From Craspedostauros australis (Eukaryota), in NCBI GenBank assembly GCA_030167865.1, contig JALAGF010003286.1, forward strand, positions 106,607-126,606: a stretch of 20,000 bases of DNA. The letters run 5' to 3'. Below, piece after piece: positions 17,201 through 20,000 of this stretch. Within the stretch, counting starts at the first letter, position 1; each line of letters opens with the position of its first letter. Made by a program: the position numbers and the translations under genes. The notes beneath the pieces are model-generated. The model did not search any database. It had not been told where the DNA came from and saw nothing but the letters and a program-made list of their open reading frames with translations.

Positions 17201-19818
17201 CCGAATATCTTCGGGCGAAGGCTGCCGAGTGGGCTGCCCACATCCAGACGGCCCGGATTTCGAAGCAGGACACCGAGATTGCGCTCAAGGCGGTCCTGTG
17301 GCCGGCCCTCACATACTCGCTAGCTGCCACCACGCTCACCCGCGGCCAGTGCGAGACCATAATGAGGCCCGCGCTCAGTGTGGCGCTTCCACACATGGGG
17401 ATCGTGAGGTCCATTGCAAGGCCGTATGTGCACGGGCCCCGGCGGCTGAATGGCCTTGGCATACCTCACCTGTTCACAGTGCAATGCAAAGCGCACTTGG
17501 AGCTGGTTTGGCGACACTTTGAGGCTGACACCACCACAGGACGGCTCCTACGGTCATCTCTATTGCAGCTTCAACTGTGGTCTGGAGTCGTCGATCGGAT
17601 CCAGCAGCTCCATCGCCGTTGGCGGAAGTGGACCCACGACACGTGGTGGTCACATACCTTTGACATGATGAGCCAGTCCGAGCTTCACATGCGACAGGTG
17701 TCACCAGCCTTACAGCCCCCTCGCGTGGGCGATGTCACTATCATGAGCCGGTTCCTCGACTGCACGAGCGACGAAGTGGAGCTCCGCAAGGCCAACGCAG
17801 TCCGGGTGCATCTGCAAGCACTGTGGCTGTCGGACATCTGCGATGCCGAAGGGGGCAAGATACACCCCATGGTGCTGCGCCATCTACCCGCTACACGTGC
17901 GGACAGTGACCTCCCATGGCCGAAGACGGTGCCCCCGTCACAAGCTGCGTGGCACGCGTGGGATGCCTTGGTGTTGCACTTGCTGGCCAGGGACCGGCCG
18001 GGCGCCGCACTGCGCAAGCCTCTGGGGCCGTGGCACAGCGCGGACAGATTCCGCGTGCGGCAGAGCCAGTCCGGCCTGCTCGAGAGCCATCGGCCAAGGC
18101 AATCGCCGCAGCAAATTCTCCACACGGAGTACAGATGTCGTCGAGTCCGCGGGGAGGCCGTCGCAGACGCCCATGCACACCGAGGCACCACGGTGGTGCT
18201 CTCGCTGGGACAAGTCCTGCGCCCTGCGCTGGCGACCACGCTCCGAGAGCACATCGTCGGCATGGGAGGCCTCGCAGACCAAATGCTCCGCCACGTGCGC
18301 ATCCACGGGTCGACAGCATCCATCTCGACTGCCATCGCAAGCGGGCAGTGCGTGGCATGCTGCGATGCGTCGGCCAAAGACAACAGAGGCGCCGCTGCGG
18401 TGGTGATTCAGGACAGCCTCGTCCAACCCACTTCAGGTATCTTGCTCTGCTCTGAGGTCCCGGAAGGTTCCCAGCCAATGACGTCGAACAGAGCCGAGAC
18501 AGCGGGAGTGCTACTGGCCATGCAGTTCCTGCGGGCCTTCGCAGCGTGGGCGGACGTGAAGGGGTCTGCCACCATTGCGTGTGACAACATGCAAGCAATA
18601 CGGTCCAGCGCGAGGGCACGGCTCATCCCATCCGACGAAGCCGACTTCGATCTGCGGCAGGAGATCCAGCGTCAGCTGCAGTCGACAGCAGTGCGGTTCA
18701 AGGTCCAGCACGTCAAGGGGCATGCGGACGCACGGGCGAACCACCAGTTGTCGGACTGGGAGGTTCTCAATGTCGTGGCGGATCACGAGGCCGGCAGACA
18801 TTGGCGGGCCATCGACCAAGCCCAATCGTGGGGCTCGGTCTCCGGGGCGCCACAGTCAGCGGGCTGGGTAGTTGCAGACCTCAGCGGGCCAGTTTCAGAG
18901 GCCAGCTACGAGGCCGTCTCCCAAGCGGCGGCAACTCAGGGCCTGCGCAACAAGTGGCGCCAGCGCTGGGGGTCCGCCGCAAGCCACGCAGTCGATTGGA
19001 GGCCCATGATGAGGGCGTCGTCCCGATGGAGAGGCGGCCAGCAACGGGCCATCCTCAAGTTGGCGTCCGGGAACGCGGCGTCCGGCAGGAACATGTGCCG
19101 GCGTGGGCAGTCTGCCTCCGGGGCCTGCCCCAGGTGCGGGGCCGTCGAAGACAATTGGCATGTGGTGCGCTGCCCAAGCGATGACAGCAAGGCCATATGG
19201 GAAGACGCAGTTCAACGAATTCGGAAAGTGATCCAGCCTCCTCGGGTCCGACGAGAGGCGGCCCAACTGCTGGTCAAAGCCCTCCGCATCCTCCAGCAAG
19301 GCGGCAACCCGCCGCAAGGCATTCGGCGCACGGCGACGCATGGCATTGAGGTGGCGCAGCATGGTGTCGGTTGGGACGGACTTCTTTGGGGAGGGTGGTC
19401 CACCGCATGGGAGCAGTTCAGCCCGAATCCGGAGCCAACAGCAGCGCGGAGACGGCCAGTCCACTGGCAGGCTGATGTGACTCACGAGCTGTGGCTCATG
19501 ATCCTTCAGCAGTGGACGTCCAGGAACCGCCAGCTGCATGAGGATGGAACGCGCAGCCTGATGGCCCAACGCATGGAGTCGTACTCCACGGCGCTAAGGG
19601 AGCTCCCGCTCGCCTCGCTTCCGGTGCATCTTCGCCAGATCGCACAGCAGGTGCCAAGCACGACGCCCAAGAAGGCAGAGTGGCTGCTCGTGATGCTCCA
19701 TGCCATGCCTCACGTGGCCGACACCATCCCCCCAACGCAAGTGGCATGGCTGAGGCGCGCTGTGTCAGAATCCCACCAGTCCGGGCGGCCCGCCTCGTCG
19801 GCAGCCCCGCCTTGCTAG
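14224..19818 (+). CDS. Retrotransposon ORF2 polyprotein (1864 aa): APE endonuclease, reverse transcriptase, RNase H, CCHC zinc knuckle
   Basis: APE ~14365-15140 (IRVAALN, LLTEVG, GGTAIL, VATY, LGGDVN, QIDGIW, WDHRMV). RT ~16150-17170 (SGPSG, RTIGL, QYGSR, SNDAKGCYDRI, GLVQG, YVDD at 16876-87, KYLG). RNase H ~18345-18800 (CCDAS, NRAE, ACDN, HVKGH, NVVAD). CPRC-X7-H-X3-C at 19126-19173. Confidence 0.96.
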   Translation: MLASTASRAQSGRQSNRQDNTDRSGTEEVIDQFASIGGDTQNIVPGHIRVAALNLGGLPMDETDPKYQDLWETIRKYNVDVMLLTEVGINWSKVPRHKRLHEIVQQNVPQSRTVTSHNQSNPMRVRQWGGTAILIKGSTRGRILTSEKDTHQWGRWVSVLLQGKGHIKVRLVATYVANRSTKTPGTVYNQQASNAAAVGIDADPIDLHLSELQSQLHQWRQAGETIILGGDVNMDVRKSRVSAMLADEGMTEALSTQHPQSAATHIRNRSNVQIDGIWSTPEAMATQSGATPFGPWDHRMVWVDYATQQLMGRGRSPTQPFRGRRLQLQRPATVSRYLDSYAEAARQSRLLERANALEREVTGAPLTQEQARAIEDIDADRTKAMLKAERSCRKIRVGNVPYSPLVNRIQKAHQFWTESLRRRSGHQVKGSTIDRLKKKAHLEHVRTRDMSTADMTVERNKTWRQLKKEKRLAAQHRVDFLRANEGFIQEGGGDPLKYRKQMAEREETRATFRRIKQALAGTASDSQVSMVVHDGPGGSGEILTDSEEVAGACCATNIAKYQQAWSSELCQPGLSQLVGKYGTTAGADAIIMGLVPTQVQHGTSELLIALQQSPRVTPWRPSDTVISTECHTDGWRKIKERTSSGPSGIHFGCWKANTRRPELAAIDAIMRSIPYCTGYSLRRWQQCTDIQLRKQPGNLSVTKTRTIGLMEGDFNMNTRQLGRAARGHAELTGTIAEDQYGSRQNHTAQEVLANVCMADDIMRISGRATAVCSNDAKGCYDRISHPAFGMAMRRQGVPKAPIESVLRTLQRMEHRISMGSGVSNTSYSGAGLSNPIQGLVQGLGAAPTGWLMISSALIERMQNKGYGFQYGETGQREHRVVCFAYVDDTNLVHSLESSDAASQSREFQHMVSLWENMLSASGGCLAPEKSFWQLVRFRWGNYRWQYDRRTQPQDITMRGDGEQGQVLQHKPVDEASKYLGMMSRRDGNQREHAEYLRAKAAEWAAHIQTARISKQDTEIALKAVLWPALTYSLAATTLTRGQCETIMRPALSVALPHMGIVRSIARPYVHGPRRLNGLGIPHLFTVQCKAHLELVWRHFEADTTTGRLLRSSLLQLQLWSGVVDRIQQLHRRWRKWTHDTWWSHTFDMMSQSELHMRQVSPALQPPRVGDVTIMSRFLDCTSDEVELRKANAVRVHLQALWLSDICDAEGGKIHPMVLRHLPATRADSDLPWPKTVPPSQAAWHAWDALVLHLLARDRPGAALRKPLGPWHSADRFRVRQSQSGLLESHRPRQSPQQILHTEYRCRRVRGEAVADAHAHRGTTVVLSLGQVLRPALATTLREHIVGMGGLADQMLRHVRIHGSTASISTAIASGQCVACCDASAKDNRGAAAVVIQDSLVQPTSGILLCSEVPEGSQPMTSNRAETAGVLLAMQFLRAFAAWADVKGSATIACDNMQAIRSSARARLIPSDEADFDLRQEIQRQLQSTAVRFKVQHVKGHADARANHQLSDWEVLNVVADHEAGRHWRAIDQAQSWGSVSGAPQSAGWVVADLSGPVSEASYEAVSQAAATQGLRNKWRQRWGSAASHAVDWRPMMRASSRWRGGQQRAILKLASGNAASGRNMCRRGQSASGACPRCGAVEDNWHVVRCPSDDSKAIWEDAVQRIRKVIQPPRVRREAAQLLVKALRILQQGGNPPQGIRRTATHGIEVAQHGVGWDGLLWGGWSTAWEQFSPNPEPTAARRRPVHWQADVTHELWLMILQQWTSRNRQLHEDGTRSLMAQRMESYSTALRELPLASLPVHLRQIAQQVPSTTPKKAEWLLVMLHAMPHVADTIPPTQVAWLRRAVSESHQSGRPASSAAPPC

Positions 19819-19926
19819 CTTGCATACGCCGCGGCTCGACAGCGCCACCCGGCCAGCATCGCGACACGAACAGGCTCCGACTGCACGACCTCTACTTTAT
19901 CCGTTCCCGCTGTATGATACATGCAG

Positions 19927-19932
19927 AATAAA
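19927..19932 (+). terminator. Putative polyadenylation signal AATAAA of the retrotransposon
   Basis: AATAAA 108 nt after the ORF2 stop and 55 nt before the CAA repeats. Confidence 0.45.
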
Positions 19933-19987
19933 CGAGGCGGTACAAAAGCGCCATCGGCGCATAGGTAAAACTATAGTCTATGTGACA

Positions 19988-19996
19988 CAACAACAA
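19988..19996 (+). repeat. (CAA)3, candidate simple-repeat 3' tail of the LINE
   Basis: ...gtgaca caacaacaa catg. Position fits a LINE tail, but the run is short and lies at the window edge. Confidence 0.5.
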
Positions 19997-20000
19997 CATG

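Larger units (their letters stand above)
11531..19996 (+). mobile_element. Full-length non-LTR retrotransposon (LINE), APE-RT-RNaseH-CCHC type, Ambal-like
   Basis: A-rich 5' UTR of ~90 nt, two intact overlapping ORFs, 3' UTR of ~170 nt with AATAAA (19927-32) and (CAA)3 (19988-96). No LTRs, protease or integrase. The 5' boundary is approximate; the clade call rests on architecture and host type, not on a phylogeny. Confidence 0.92.

Noticed and set aside
14224-19818. Reading the RT as an LTR element, group II intron, retron, DGR or telomerase
   Set aside because: N-terminal APE, C-terminal CCHC, upstream ORF1 and a repeat tail, with no protease, integrase or LTR, identify a non-LTR element.
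11621-19867. Many alternative-frame and antisense ORFs of 200-250 aa inside the retrotransposon (e.g. 12835..13593, 17891..18619), as a possible ORF0
   Set aside because: Expected in GC-rich coding DNA. They have R/P/A/G-biased composition and no motifs, so nothing singles one out.

Overview
Eukaryotic DNA, most likely from a diatom or related photosynthetic stramenopile. The evidence is a GT-AG intron, an ASAFAP-like bipartite plastid-targeting peptide, compact gene spacing and microsatellite-rich spacers. Bases 1-11.5 kb hold host genes: (i) a >1100-aa ankyrin-repeat protein with an atypical protein-kinase N-lobe on the minus strand (3307 to <2), missing from the ORF track because it runs off the window; (ii) an LRAT/NC-domain (permuted NlpC/P60) protein; (iii) a two-exon plastid-targeted SAM methyltransferase; (iv) a probable plastid membrane protein of unknown function; (v) a candidate 74-aa mitochondrial microprotein; (vi) an acidic ORF fragment abutting the mobile element. 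Bases ~11.53-20 kb are an apparently full-length, intact ~8.5-kb non-LTR retrotransposon. It has an 870-aa ORF1 with no recognisable gag knuckle, overlapping by 7 nt (ATGTTAG) a 1864-aa ORF2 (APE endonuclease, RT, RNase H, CCHC). A structured 3' UTR with AATAAA and a (CAA)3 tail follow. The architecture resembles the diatom Ambal-type LINEs. All domain calls come from motifs read by eye; no searches were run.
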